Shown here piece after piece: positions 8,782 through 18,024 of a stretch of DNA of 64,000 nt. Position numbers and translations under genes: made by a program. Source of the DNA: a virus; the IMG/VR virus record IMGVR_UViG_3300005613_000024, positions 27,834-91,833 of that record. One strand, 5' to 3'. How positions within the stretch are numbered: position 1 is the first letter of the stretch; each line of letters opens with the position of its first letter. Under the pieces are notes generated by a model. That model did no database searches and was not told where the DNA came from. It saw only the letters and a program-made list of their open reading frames with translations.

Positions 8782-9945
8782 ATGAACGAACGTAAGAAAA
8801 GGCTATTAGAGACCATGAAATCTTTAAATAAAACTTTTAAAGAAGAGACTTTGTTCTTTGGTAATGAGATAGAAAATAAAGAAAAAATATCTACAGGTAT
8901 TAAGAAAATAGATAAATTTTTAGGCGGTGGTATTAAAAGAGGTACTCATACAATTTTTTGGGGTGGAATTGCAAATGGAAAGACCACTTTAGCTTTACAA
9001 ACAATAGCAAATGCTCAGAAACAGGGATATATTTGCGCCTATTTAAACACTGAAAAACCTATTGATAATGAAAGATTTGACATGCTAGGAGTAAATAGAA
9101 GAGAATTGATAAGAGCTAACTGTGCTAAGAATGCAGAACAAACCTTAACAATTGTAAAAAAATTATGCGATGCAAAAGTTGTGGATTTAGTTGTTGTCGA
9201 TTCTGTAAATGCATTAAGTCCAAAAGCCGAACAAGAAACTAAACAAGGAAAGGAAAGAGGGCTAGAAGAAAAGAATATTGCTGAATTAGCAAGATTATTA
9301 TCAGAATTTTGCAGAAAAGTAAATCCATCTGTTTATAACGCTAGTTGTGCAATGATTTGGATTGGGCAATTAAGAATTGGAGGTATAGGAACTTTTTATA
9401 CTAGAGCAACTTTGTCTTGTGGAGAAGCTTTAAAGTTTTATGCATATAATATTGTTTATTTAAGAAACGGTCAATCCTCTGATGCTCCTGTTAAAAAATT
9501 TAAGGAATTTTTTGTAGACCCTGACGGAAAAATTCGTTATGTTACTAAAAAAGAAAAGATAGGATTTGATTCAGTTTTTAGAATGGATAGAAGTAATTCT
9601 GGAGATTCTGTTAGAGAAGGAGAAGAAAGTCATTTTGCTTTTATTGGAGAGAAAGGTTTTGTTGATAAAATAGAAGATGTAGAGGATATTCCAATTAAAA
9701 TAGATGCAGAAAATGAAGAACAAAAAGATAAAATCATGAAGTATTTAGTTGATAAAGGAATTAAAAAAGCTTGCAAGAAATTAGTAAATGATGATAAAGC
9801 ATTGAAAAAACTAGCTGAAGATTATTTAGCAGAAGATGAGCCAAAGGCTATAATTCACGCAAATCCCAACGCAGTCGCTAAGTTTACAAGGTCAGAAGAA
9901 CCAAAAAAGAAAAAAAGAGGAAGACCTAGAAAGGAGAAAAAATAA
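8782..9945 (+). CDS. recA: RecA/UvsX-like recombinase with C-terminal AT-hook-like tail
   Basis: ISTG..ID..LGGGI, Walker A GGIANGKTT, VVVDSV, IGQLR, GEALKFYA. Confidence 0.95.
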   Translation: MNERKKRLLETMKSLNKTFKEETLFFGNEIENKEKISTGIKKIDKFLGGGIKRGTHTIFWGGIANGKTTLALQTIANAQKQGYICAYLNTEKPIDNERFDMLGVNRRELIRANCAKNAEQTLTIVKKLCDAKVVDLVVVDSVNALSPKAEQETKQGKERGLEEKNIAELARLLSEFCRKVNPSVYNASCAMIWIGQLRIGGIGTFYTRATLSCGEALKFYAYNIVYLRNGQSSDAPVKKFKEFFVDPDGKIRYVTKKEKIGFDSVFRMDRSNSGDSVREGEESHFAFIGEKGFVDKIEDVEDIPIKIDAENEEQKDKIMKYLVDKGIKKACKKLVNDDKALKKLAEDYLAEDEPKAIIHANPNAVAKFTRSEEPKKKKRGRPRKEKK

Positions 9946-10337
9946 TGCATTCCTGGGGAGATAAAAATGTCGATTGGCAAGGATTAAATGAATGTGTCAA
10001 TTACTTAGATAAAAATTTACGCAGATGGGGTAGGATAAATGTTAGACAAACAAAGGAGAAATTTGGAACTTTAAGATGTTATTGTTCTTTGGGATGGACT
10101 TGTCTTTTAAATATTACTCATCCAGGATATATTCACTATAGACCTTATCCAAAATGGTTAAGAACTTTTGATATTTTTGTTTTATCAAGAATTATTCCGT
10201 ATTTAAATTTTATTATTTTACCTTATCATAAATGGTTGTATCGAAAACTATATGCTGATATGGTTACTAAATATCCTCATTTAAAAGAAGAGATTTTATG
10301 TACACCCGATTTTCCTAAATTATTAATAGATTTATAA
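9945..10337 (+). CDS. conserved phage hypothetical protein
   Basis: QTKEKFGTLRCY motif common in phage hypothetical proteins. Confidence 0.65.
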   Translation: MHSWGDKNVDWQGLNECVNYLDKNLRRWGRINVRQTKEKFGTLRCYCSLGWTCLLNITHPGYIHYRPYPKWLRTFDIFVLSRIIPYLNFIILPYHKWLYRKLYADMVTKYPHLKEEILCTPDFPKLLIDL

Positions 10338-10339
10338 AC

Positions 10340-10367
10340 TTGACAACTGAAAAATATATGTTATACT
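10340..10367 (+). promoter_or_regulatory. sigma70-type promoter (TTGACA-16-TATACT, extended -10 TG)
   Basis: Intergenic acTTGACAactgaaaaatataTGtTATACTt; same motif recurs at 15267 and 16740. Confidence 0.8.
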
Positions 10368-10413
10368 TGTATAGAAAAAATTTTATTAAGAGGTTAAAAA
10401 AAAGGAGAGATGC

Positions 10414-10980
10414 ATGAATGGAAAGATGAATCATGTGATGTTAGATTTAGAAACCTTTGGAAATGATTTTAATTCTATTATTGTTCAAATAGGGGCATGG
10501 TATTTTAATGAACAGGGAAAATTAGGAAAGAAATTATGTATAAATGTTGATTCTGAAGATTGCGAAAAATATGGACTAAATTGTACAGCTTCTACAGTTA
10601 AATGGTGGTTACAACAAGACAACGAAACAATCAAAAAACTATTCGAAAATCCTAAACCACTAAAAGATTCTTTAATAATCTTATTAGATTTTTTAAAAGA
10701 TGCAGATTATATTTGGCAACATTCAAGCTTTGATGCTCCAATTTTAAACAATGCTATCAAAAAAGTGGGATTAGTTAATTCAATTCATTATAGAACTTGG
10801 AAAGATTTAAGGTCGGCAGAATATTGTTTGGGAATAGATAAAAGTAAATTTAGTTTCGTCGGCAAAGCACATTACAGTATTGATGATTGTCTTTTTCAAA
10901 TTAAATATCTGGTAAGCGGATTGAAAAGAAAGGTAAAATCTAATGACAAGCAAAGAAATAAAAAGAATTTACGAAAATAA
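10414..10980 (+). CDS. DEDD 3'-5' exo(ribo)nuclease (RNase AS/DUF5051-like)
   Basis: HVMLDLETFG, TVKWW, SFDAPIL, AHYSIDDC motifs. Confidence 0.85.
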   Translation: MNGKMNHVMLDLETFGNDFNSIIVQIGAWYFNEQGKLGKKLCINVDSEDCEKYGLNCTASTVKWWLQQDNETIKKLFENPKPLKDSLIILLDFLKDADYIWQHSSFDAPILNNAIKKVGLVNSIHYRTWKDLRSAEYCLGIDKSKFSFVGKAHYSIDDCLFQIKYLVSGLKRKVKSNDKQRNKKNLRK

Positions 10981-11428
10981 TGAAATAGATAAACTTTATA
11001 AAGATTACGAAAAATATTTTAATAAGATAGATGAATGGGCTGATAAATTTATTGACGGAGATTTATTAACAGAATACGAATTAAAACAAGCACAACAGAT
11101 TCTAAATGGGTGTCAGACTAAGTTAAATGCAATTGCAGGAGCTTTAGAAGCATTAGTAGTTGAATATGAAAATAATTATTTCTTAAAAGAAGAAAGTACA
11201 TTTAAAAATGTAAGAATGCAAGATAAAGACCACTGTAAAGCTCATGCAAGAAAAGAAGTATCTGATTTAAGACGATATGCTTCTGATTTTTCAAGATATG
11301 TTAATTCTGCTCAGAATGCAGTTGTTACTGTACAGTCTTTACTTAAAAGACAAACTATAGAAAAGGGTAATAAAGGAGTAGATTTTACGGGAGATAAATC
11401 TAACATGAAAGATGAAAGAACTTGGTAA
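10943..11428 (+). CDS. alpha-helical hypothetical protein, possibly a UvsY-like recombination mediator
   Basis: Helical/coiled-coil character and location near RecA and PolB; function is inference only. Confidence 0.4.
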   Translation: MTSKEIKRIYENNEIDKLYKDYEKYFNKIDEWADKFIDGDLLTEYELKQAQQILNGCQTKLNAIAGALEALVVEYENNYFLKEESTFKNVRMQDKDHCKAHARKEVSDLRRYASDFSRYVNSAQNAVVTVQSLLKRQTIEKGNKGVDFTGDKSNMKDERTW

Positions 11429-11429
11429 A

Positions 11430-11717
11430 ATGAAATTTTCTAAATCGTATTCAAAATTAAATTATCCTATATTTACTACGATTCGACAAGATAAAGGATA
11501 TTATAAAGTTGGACAGATAATAAATGTAAATACTCCCGAAACCTCTTTCGAGGCTGAAATTTTAGCTATTAGAGAATTATCAAATGCAGATATTACTGAA
11601 AATATGGCAAGAGTAGATGCTGACTGTTCTAAACAGAAATTACAAGGATTAATGAATCTATTTTATAGAGAAAAGGCAGAAGAATTAATTCTATTAACAT
11701 TAGCAAAAATATTATGA
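11430..11717 (+). CDS. ASCH/PUA-like domain protein
   Basis: MKFS...FTTIR...YKVGQII...ARVDA pattern of the ASCH family; start 11412 or 11430 uncertain. Confidence 0.6.
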   Translation: MKFSKSYSKLNYPIFTTIRQDKGYYKVGQIINVNTPETSFEAEILAIRELSNADITENMARVDADCSKQKLQGLMNLFYREKAEELILLTLAKIL

Positions 11718-14700
11718 AAATTCAAAATATTTCAAACAACGGAAAAGATATTTATCTTTTTATTCGTGAAGATGATGAAACTTTAACGATTAAAGAAGAC
11801 CATTCTTTTCTTCCCTACTATTTTGAGCCTACTACAGATAGACAATCCGACGCTGTATCTATTTACGGTCAACCCTTAAAAAAAATCTATTGTAATAATC
11901 CTGGACAAGTAAGAAAACAGAGAAGCGATAGAGCATTTGAAGCTGATATTATATATACTAAGCGTTATATCTTGGATAAAATTCCTATCTTTGAAAAATC
12001 TAAAACAAGAATTATCTATTTCGATATTGAAGTGAACGCAACAGAGCTTCCCCAACCAAAAGAAGAACAATGTGCAAATGACCCTATATCAGTTATAACA
12101 ATCTATGATAATTATACAAAAAAATATAAAACATTTTTCTTAAAGGATTATGAATCTGAATGGAAAATGTTAGATGAATTTTGTAAAACAATTAAAAAAT
12201 TACAACCAGACATTTTAACAGCATGGAATAGTTCATTTGACTATTATTATCTTTATTATCGTATTCAAGATTTTCCTAAAAAAATATCATCTATAGAACA
12301 ATCTCATTGGCGACGAGGATTTGAAATGCCCGCAGGAATATCAATCGTGGATATTATGGGTTTGTATGCAAAGTACACATTACATAAAAAAGACTCATAC
12401 GCTTTAATGAATGTTGCAAATGATGAATTAGATTATGAAATAGAAACAGATTTTGATTTTACAGATTTAGAAGAATCAAAGAGAAAAAATAAACTCGACG
12501 TAAAAAAGATGGTAGAGTTAAATGAAAAGTTGAATTTATTTGAATATTTTGATGAAATTCGTTTATTGACAAGAGCAGACTGGGAAGACCTTCCTAGTGA
12601 AATGAGAGCTTATCAATGGCAAAGTAATAATAGTAAAGTTATAGATATGTTAGCATTAGAAGAAGCTAAAAAATTAAACATTATATTGCCTAGTAAGAAT
12701 CATGAAGGGGAAAAAGGAAATGTTGAAGGAGCTTATCGAGATACATTTGGAACAGGTTTGTATAAAGACTTGGCTAAAGTAGATTTAAGTGGAGCTTATC
12801 CACAGGCTATTATAGACTTTTGTTTATCTCCAGAGAATTATCTTACTAATACAGAATCAAATAGTATTAAAATAGATGTGCTTTATAGAGAATCCAAAGA
12901 TTTTAAAGTCACATATCATCTTAGACAAGATTCAAATACAATTCTTCCAACACTTACATTGAGACTATTAAAGATGAAGAATGAATTAAAAGATACTTTA
13001 ATGAACATGAATTCTGATGACTCAAAATACAAGCAAACTCAAATTGCCTATGATTCTCGCAAAGCTTTAGTAAATTCTGCCTTTGGTGTATTCGGTATGC
13101 CTTATTTTAGATTATACAATTCTAAAGTGGCCGATACTATTACATTTCTTGTTCGAGATTTATTATATTATGTAGAAGCAAAGTTGAATAAAAATAATTA
13201 TAATATTAGATATATAGATACTGACTCTATTTTCTATCAAGGTAGACAAGACATTACAAATAAATTAAATCAATGGGCTATAGAATGGGGAATAGAGAAT
13301 TATGGTAATGAAGATATAAATATTCAGTTTGATTATGAAGGTTATTTTTCCAGTATTTTTATTCAGGCTATGTGTTTAGAAGGGTCTAGTCGTGTCTTAA
13401 CTAATAAAGGTTATATACCAATTAATAAAATTTATAAAAATCCCAATAATTATCAAATAGCATCAGTCGATGAGAATAACAAAGTTGTTTTTAGCTACGC
13501 TAAAAAAGTTTTTAAAGTTCCTCTTTTTAATAGAAAATTATATAAAATTCGTAACGTATCTGCTAATCAAAAACACAGTCAATGTATTTTGACACACGAC
13601 CATCCAATATTAACTCAAGATGGTTGGAAACAAGTGCAAGATTTAAAAGATGATGATAGAGTTCAAATAGATTATTTTCTTCCACATCATGAAATTCGAG
13701 AAGTTATTATCGGAACAATGCTTGGCGACAGCACTATTTATCAAAATTCGCTAAAAGTTACTCATGGCTCAAAACAGAAAGAATACGCTTATTATAAAGC
13801 AAAATTAATTACTGAAAATAATTATAGCGATTTATCTAATGTTGGGAAGGACGGTTATAAACGAATTAAATTATCTACCTTCGCAAATCCTTATTATAAA
13901 TTTTTAGATTGGCTATTTTATAAAGATAGAGATTTGCAAAATAAACATTACTATTTTAAAAGAAAAAAACGAATAACTTCAGAAATTTTAAATGATTTTT
14001 CGATAATTTCTTTAGCTTTCTTATTTATGGATGATGGATATATTAGAAAAACTCGTCAATATAATGGAAATATTGCAACCTGCTGTTTTACAAAAGAAGA
14101 AAATATTTTATTAAGCAATAAAATCAAAGAACTTGGAATAGATAATCAGGTTATCAAAACTGGAAAATATTATCGAATTAATTTTAATTCTAAGCAAATT
14201 AAAATATTGTCGGAAAAAATCGCTCCCTATATACCGAAATGCATGGAATATAAAATTTATCCAGAATATCGAGATATTCCAAAAAAAGAAATTTGTAAAA
14301 TTAGAGAATCAAAGAAAATCATGTATGTGCCATTTACAAAAACACTTTATAATCCTACTTATAAAAATATTCAAGAAGTTTATGATATTGAAATTGAACC
14401 TTATCATAATTTTATAACTCAAACATGTATCGCACATAATTGTAGATATAGAGGAAGATTAGAGCGACCTGAAAAGGGGCAAAAGATTGAAACTAAAGGT
14501 ATACAAATGAAGCGACGAGACTCTGGAAAATGGGTTAAATCTTGGCAAGAAAAGCTATATGATAAAATTTTAGATGGGCAATCTAAAGAAAACTTATTAA
14601 AGTTTATCAAAGAATCTATTGAAGATATGAAAAAAGCTGATATTAGAGAAATTGCATTACCTGTTAAGATTAATAAAAAATCAGAAGATTATAAAACAAC

Positions 14701-15358
14701 TCCTAAATGGTTAAAGCCTTTAGAAGAAGCAAAGAAATTAGTACCAGAATTTGACAAATCAATAGGAGATAGATTTTATATAATCTATTGTAAAAGTGTA
14801 GAAAAAATAGCTTTAGGTAATAAATATTATGAACATATAAAGCAAGAAGATATTGATTGGAAAACTATGATAGAAAAGAATATTTTTAATCTTCTTGTTC
14901 CAATTTTTAAAGGGTTAAACTTAGAAAGAGATTTATTAGATTTAGCAGAAAGTTATGAAACAATTTTGGGAAGTCAACATAGAAATAAACTATTAGAAGA
15001 GTTAGATAATTTTGAAGAATTAAAGAAATATTATTCTGCTAGAGAAGTTAAGAAAAGAATAAAAGAGAAAAATAAAGAATTTTGGGTTAAAAATACGGAA
15101 ACAAATGATGAATATTTAGTCACGAAAGATGCTTATGAAGCTAGTAAAGAAACTTTAGAAATTATCGAACCCAAGAAGAAAGTTCGCAAAAAGAAATCTT
15201 CTAAGTCATTGAAAACAAAGAAGATAATAAAAAATGAGAGTTCGCAAAATAAATTATCAAAAAAACTTGACAAAGTTAAGAACAATATGTTATACTTAGA
15301 TAAAGAATCTGAGTCTATCAAAAAAAGAACTAATGATAAAACTATTGACTGGGACTGA
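11714..15358 (+). CDS. polB: family B DNA polymerase with intein and long charged C-terminal tail
   Basis: Exonuclease motifs FDIE and AWNSSFD; polymerase motifs DLSGAYP, KALVNSAFG, YIDTDS; ETKG...RRD. Confidence 0.95.
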   Translation: MKIQNISNNGKDIYLFIREDDETLTIKEDHSFLPYYFEPTTDRQSDAVSIYGQPLKKIYCNNPGQVRKQRSDRAFEADIIYTKRYILDKIPIFEKSKTRIIYFDIEVNATELPQPKEEQCANDPISVITIYDNYTKKYKTFFLKDYESEWKMLDEFCKTIKKLQPDILTAWNSSFDYYYLYYRIQDFPKKISSIEQSHWRRGFEMPAGISIVDIMGLYAKYTLHKKDSYALMNVANDELDYEIETDFDFTDLEESKRKNKLDVKKMVELNEKLNLFEYFDEIRLLTRADWEDLPSEMRAYQWQSNNSKVIDMLALEEAKKLNIILPSKNHEGEKGNVEGAYRDTFGTGLYKDLAKVDLSGAYPQAIIDFCLSPENYLTNTESNSIKIDVLYRESKDFKVTYHLRQDSNTILPTLTLRLLKMKNELKDTLMNMNSDDSKYKQTQIAYDSRKALVNSAFGVFGMPYFRLYNSKVADTITFLVRDLLYYVEAKLNKNNYNIRYIDTDSIFYQGRQDITNKLNQWAIEWGIENYGNEDINIQFDYEGYFSSIFIQAMCLEGSSRVLTNKGYIPINKIYKNPNNYQIASVDENNKVVFSYAKKVFKVPLFNRKLYKIRNVSANQKHSQCILTHDHPILTQDGWKQVQDLKDDDRVQIDYFLPHHEIREVIIGTMLGDSTIYQNSLKVTHGSKQKEYAYYKAKLITENNYSDLSNVGKDGYKRIKLSTFANPYYKFLDWLFYKDRDLQNKHYYFKRKKRITSEILNDFSIISLAFLFMDDGYIRKTRQYNGNIATCCFTKEENILLSNKIKELGIDNQVIKTGKYYRINFNSKQIKILSEKIAPYIPKCMEYKIYPEYRDIPKKEICKIRESKKIMYVPFTKTLYNPTYKNIQEVYDIEIEPYHNFITQTCIAHNCRYRGRLERPEKGQKIETKGIQMKRRDSGKWVKSWQEKLYDKILDGQSKENLLKFIKESIEDMKKADIREIALPVKINKKSEDYKTTPKWLKPLEEAKKLVPEFDKSIGDRFYIIYCKSVEKIALGNKYYEHIKQEDIDWKTMIEKNIFNLLVPIFKGLNLERDLLDLAESYETILGSQHRNKLLEELDNFEELKKYYSAREVKKRIKEKNKEFWVKNTETNDEYLVTKDAYEASKETLEIIEPKKKVRKKKSSKSLKTKKIIKNESSQNKLSKKLDKVKNNMLYLDKESESIKKRTNDKTIDWD
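13373..14440 (+). mobile_element. intein (356 aa) with LAGLIDADG endonuclease in PolB
   Basis: CLEGSSRVLT...THDHPIL...GTMLGDS...FMDDG...IAHN followed by Cys. Confidence 0.95.
15267..15296 (+). promoter_or_regulatory. sigma70-type promoter embedded in the 3' end of polB (TTGACA-18-TATACT)
   Basis: acTTGACAaagttaagaacaataTGtTATACTt, ~60 nt upstream of the ABC-GNAT start. Confidence 0.7.
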
Positions 15359-16743
15359 TGAAAAAAATAAAAACAAAAGATTTCTGTATTTCTCACTCCT
15401 TTAAAACCAAAAGTGAAATTACAGATAGAACTATACTCGTTTCTGAGGCTTTTGGCTTAGGAATTGATGATGAAAAAGAATTCTGTATTTATGATAATTT
15501 TAAATTTCAACTTCGGTCAAATGATATTGTTTATGTAACAGGAAGTTCTGGTAGTGGAAAATCCTGGATTCTGAGAAATACTTTTTCTAAATTTAAAAAT
15601 AGTGTTTCGATAGACGAAATCAAAATTGATGACAATGAAATATTAATAGAGGGCGTTGGACAAGATTTGAATGATGCTTTAAAAAAGCTAAATTTAGCAG
15701 GTCTTGGAGACGCCTTTCTTTATTTAAGAAAATATTCACAGTTATCTGATGGGCAAAAATATCGTTATAAAATAGCAAAATTTATAGACCTAAATGCTGA
15801 TATTTGGATTATTGATGAAGCATGTGCTAAATTAGATAGAACAACTGCAAAAATAGTTTCTTATAATTTACAGAAAATTGCCAGAAGATTAAATAAATGC
15901 GTTATTTGTGCTACAACTCATGAAGATTTACATAATGCTTTAAAGCCTTCTCTTATTATTAAAAAAGGATTTGAATCTGATGTTTCTGTAGAGCGAAAAG
16001 AATTATCAGATTATTCAAAAAAAATAGATGAAATCTACGATACTGTTAAAGTTGATATTGGTACAAAAACAGATTATGAAAAATTAAAACGATTTCATTA
16101 TCGTCAAGCAAATCTTGGGGCGGTAAAAAATATTTATAAGATGACTTTAAATAATGAAATTATAGGAGTTATAGTTATTACTTATCCTCATTTAGCATTA
16201 AAGGGAAGAAATATTTATACAAAAAAGAAATATTCTAAAATGACAAAAGAAAATTGTAAAATGATTAATGAGAAATTCGAATGCATCGCTCGTATTATTT
16301 TACATCCTCAATATAGAGGGTTGGGATTGGCTTATCATTTTTTAAAAGAATATTTTAAATTAAGTGAATCTGATTATATAGAAACTGTTGCAGTTATGGC
16401 AAACTATACTCCATTTTTTGAGAAAGCTGGAATGAAAAAGATAAATACAAAACAAGATGAAAAGAGAACACAGATGATTGCAGAATTAGAAAATTATGGA
16501 TTTAATATAGCGTTATTATCAAGTGTAAGATATAATACAGACATTTTTAATAAATTATCTGAAAAAGAACAAATTGAAGTTAAAGGTATTGTGAAAAAGA
16601 TTTTAAATCGTTATAAGGGGCAAATAGTTAAATTATTTTCGAAAGATAAGTCATTAGATGAAATAATAGAAGAAGATTTATTTAAAGTTATGAAAGAAAT
16701 TCAAAGAGCAAATACTGTTTATTTAATTTTAGATAGGACTTGA
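15358..16743 (+). CDS. ABC-type ATPase fused to GNAT/Mom-like acetyltransferase (COG2401-like)
   Basis: Walker A GSSGSGKS, signature LSDGQ, Walker B IIDE, H-loop TTH; C-terminal LKRFHY and ARIILHPQYRGLGLA acetyl-CoA motif. Confidence 0.9.
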   Translation: MKKIKTKDFCISHSFKTKSEITDRTILVSEAFGLGIDDEKEFCIYDNFKFQLRSNDIVYVTGSSGSGKSWILRNTFSKFKNSVSIDEIKIDDNEILIEGVGQDLNDALKKLNLAGLGDAFLYLRKYSQLSDGQKYRYKIAKFIDLNADIWIIDEACAKLDRTTAKIVSYNLQKIARRLNKCVICATTHEDLHNALKPSLIIKKGFESDVSVERKELSDYSKKIDEIYDTVKVDIGTKTDYEKLKRFHYRQANLGAVKNIYKMTLNNEIIGVIVITYPHLALKGRNIYTKKKYSKMTKENCKMINEKFECIARIILHPQYRGLGLAYHFLKEYFKLSESDYIETVAVMANYTPFFEKAGMKKINTKQDEKRTQMIAELENYGFNIALLSSVRYNTDIFNKLSEKEQIEVKGIVKKILNRYKGQIVKLFSKDKSLDEIIEEDLFKVMKEIQRANTVYLILDRT

Positions 16744-16768
16744 CAAATAGCTATTTATATGTTATACT
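16740..16768 (+). promoter_or_regulatory. sigma70-type promoter (TTGACA-17-TATACT); the -35 box overlaps the upstream TGA stop
   Basis: acTTGACAaatagctatttataTGtTATACTt. Confidence 0.85.
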
Positions 16769-16827
16769 TAGAGCAAAGAGCTTGGGAAGTGAATATTCTA
16801 CTATAAATTCAAAAAGGAGAAAGTAAA

Positions 16828-17052
16828 ATGGAAGAGTATAAAAGAATCACTGATGAAGAAGTTTTTAAAGCAATTAAGGGCATTAAAAATGACGATGAAC
16901 AAGCTATGAAAAATGCTATAGAAACTTTACTTTTAGTTAGTTTAGATATAAGACAGTTTTTGAGAAAGGTTTATAAGAATATGCCAAAGAAGGTTAAGAC
17001 TTATAAAAGACCTACTGGAAGAAAAGAGGATGTTATTACAGGAGAGAAATAA
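16828..17052 (+). CDS. hypothetical protein
   Basis: AAGGAG RBS, first gene after the promoter. Confidence 0.7.
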   Translation: MEEYKRITDEEVFKAIKGIKNDDEQAMKNAIETLLLVSLDIRQFLRKVYKNMPKKVKTYKRPTGRKEDVITGEK

Positions 17053-17304
17053 ATGAATCTTGAATTTAATGTAAATTATTTTGAAGTGAACGAAAATGAT
17101 AGATGTCCCATGATAAATATAGACACTCCTAATGTTAAAAATAAAGATTCTTTCATATATTCGAATATTTTTGGGATGTATAAAACAGATTCTTCTCAGG
17201 GGCATGTACATCAAGTAAATGATAGAAAACTAGAAAAGCCACTTTTAAAAATGTGCGATAAGATTGCTCAGGCTGTTTACGACTTTCAAAAGGAGATTAA
17301 ATGA
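17053..17304 (+). CDS. hypothetical protein
   Basis: AGGAG RBS. Confidence 0.65.
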   Translation: MNLEFNVNYFEVNENDRCPMINIDTPNVKNKDSFIYSNIFGMYKTDSSQGHVHQVNDRKLEKPLLKMCDKIAQAVYDFQKEIK

Positions 17305-17876
17305 AAAAATTTATACAATATTTTGTATTGATATGTACAATTCTTTGTACGTTGTCATACAATGCTTTTGCAGAATCAAGATTTAAAACATCGAAAGAAT
17401 TACAGATTTATATGAGAAGAAACTTTTATTATACAGAAGATAAGATACCAAGAGACTATTTTGAATTTATTCAGTCTCCTGTTGCATTAGAATTGTCGAG
17501 AATGGGCGATTGTGATGACTTCGCAACTTATTCTTGGTATTATTTAAGACAAATGAATATAAAAGCACTTAGATATGCACTTTGGATGGAACAAGGAGGT
17601 CATGTTGTAACAGTTTTTTTAGATAATGATGGAACTTATTCTATTTTCAGTAATTATTTTCTAGCTAAAACTGACAAAACTACTGCAAAAGAAGCAATCA
17701 AAGATATATATCCTAAATGGCTTATTTTATGCGAATGGAATCCAACAAAATATGGACTTGTGACAAGAGAAGAATTTAGAGATACTTTATATAATCATGA
17801 ATTCGTGAATTTAGTAGCTAAATTAGTCTTTTTAAAAGTTTTCTATTTGAATGGAGTAGAAAATGTCAATTATTAA
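17301..17876 (+). CDS. secreted transglutaminase-like cysteine protease
   Basis: Signal-peptide-like N-terminus ending NAFA; GDCDDFA (Cys) and GHVV (His) motifs. Confidence 0.75.
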   Translation: MKKFIQYFVLICTILCTLSYNAFAESRFKTSKELQIYMRRNFYYTEDKIPRDYFEFIQSPVALELSRMGDCDDFATYSWYYLRQMNIKALRYALWMEQGGHVVTVFLDNDGTYSIFSNYFLAKTDKTTAKEAIKDIYPKWLILCEWNPTKYGLVTREEFRDTLYNHEFVNLVAKLVFLKVFYLNGVENVNY

Positions 17877-18024
17877 AAAAATAATTAAAAAACAAAAATG
17901 TAGATGCAATGGTAAGAAAAAAAATTGTAAATCGTGTAATAATACTGGTACTTTCAAAGACCATATTTATTATCATATAGATAAAAAGAATAAAGTTTGT
18001 TTTTCAGGAGATACTATAAAATAA
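17863..18024 (+). CDS. small DnaJ-type zinc-finger-like protein (53 aa), absent from ORF track
   Basis: GGAG RBS; CRCNG...CKSCNNTG; stop coupled to the mgtC ATG. Confidence 0.55.
   Translation: MSIIKKIIKKQKCRCNGKKKNCKSCNNTGTFKDHIYYHIDKKNKVCFSGDTIK

Noticed and set aside
9901-15225. PKKKRK-like tails as evidence of a eukaryotic virus with nuclear localisation signals
   Set aside because: Sigma70 promoters, SD sites, coupled operons, bS21 and a tailed-phage morphogenesis module all indicate a bacterial host
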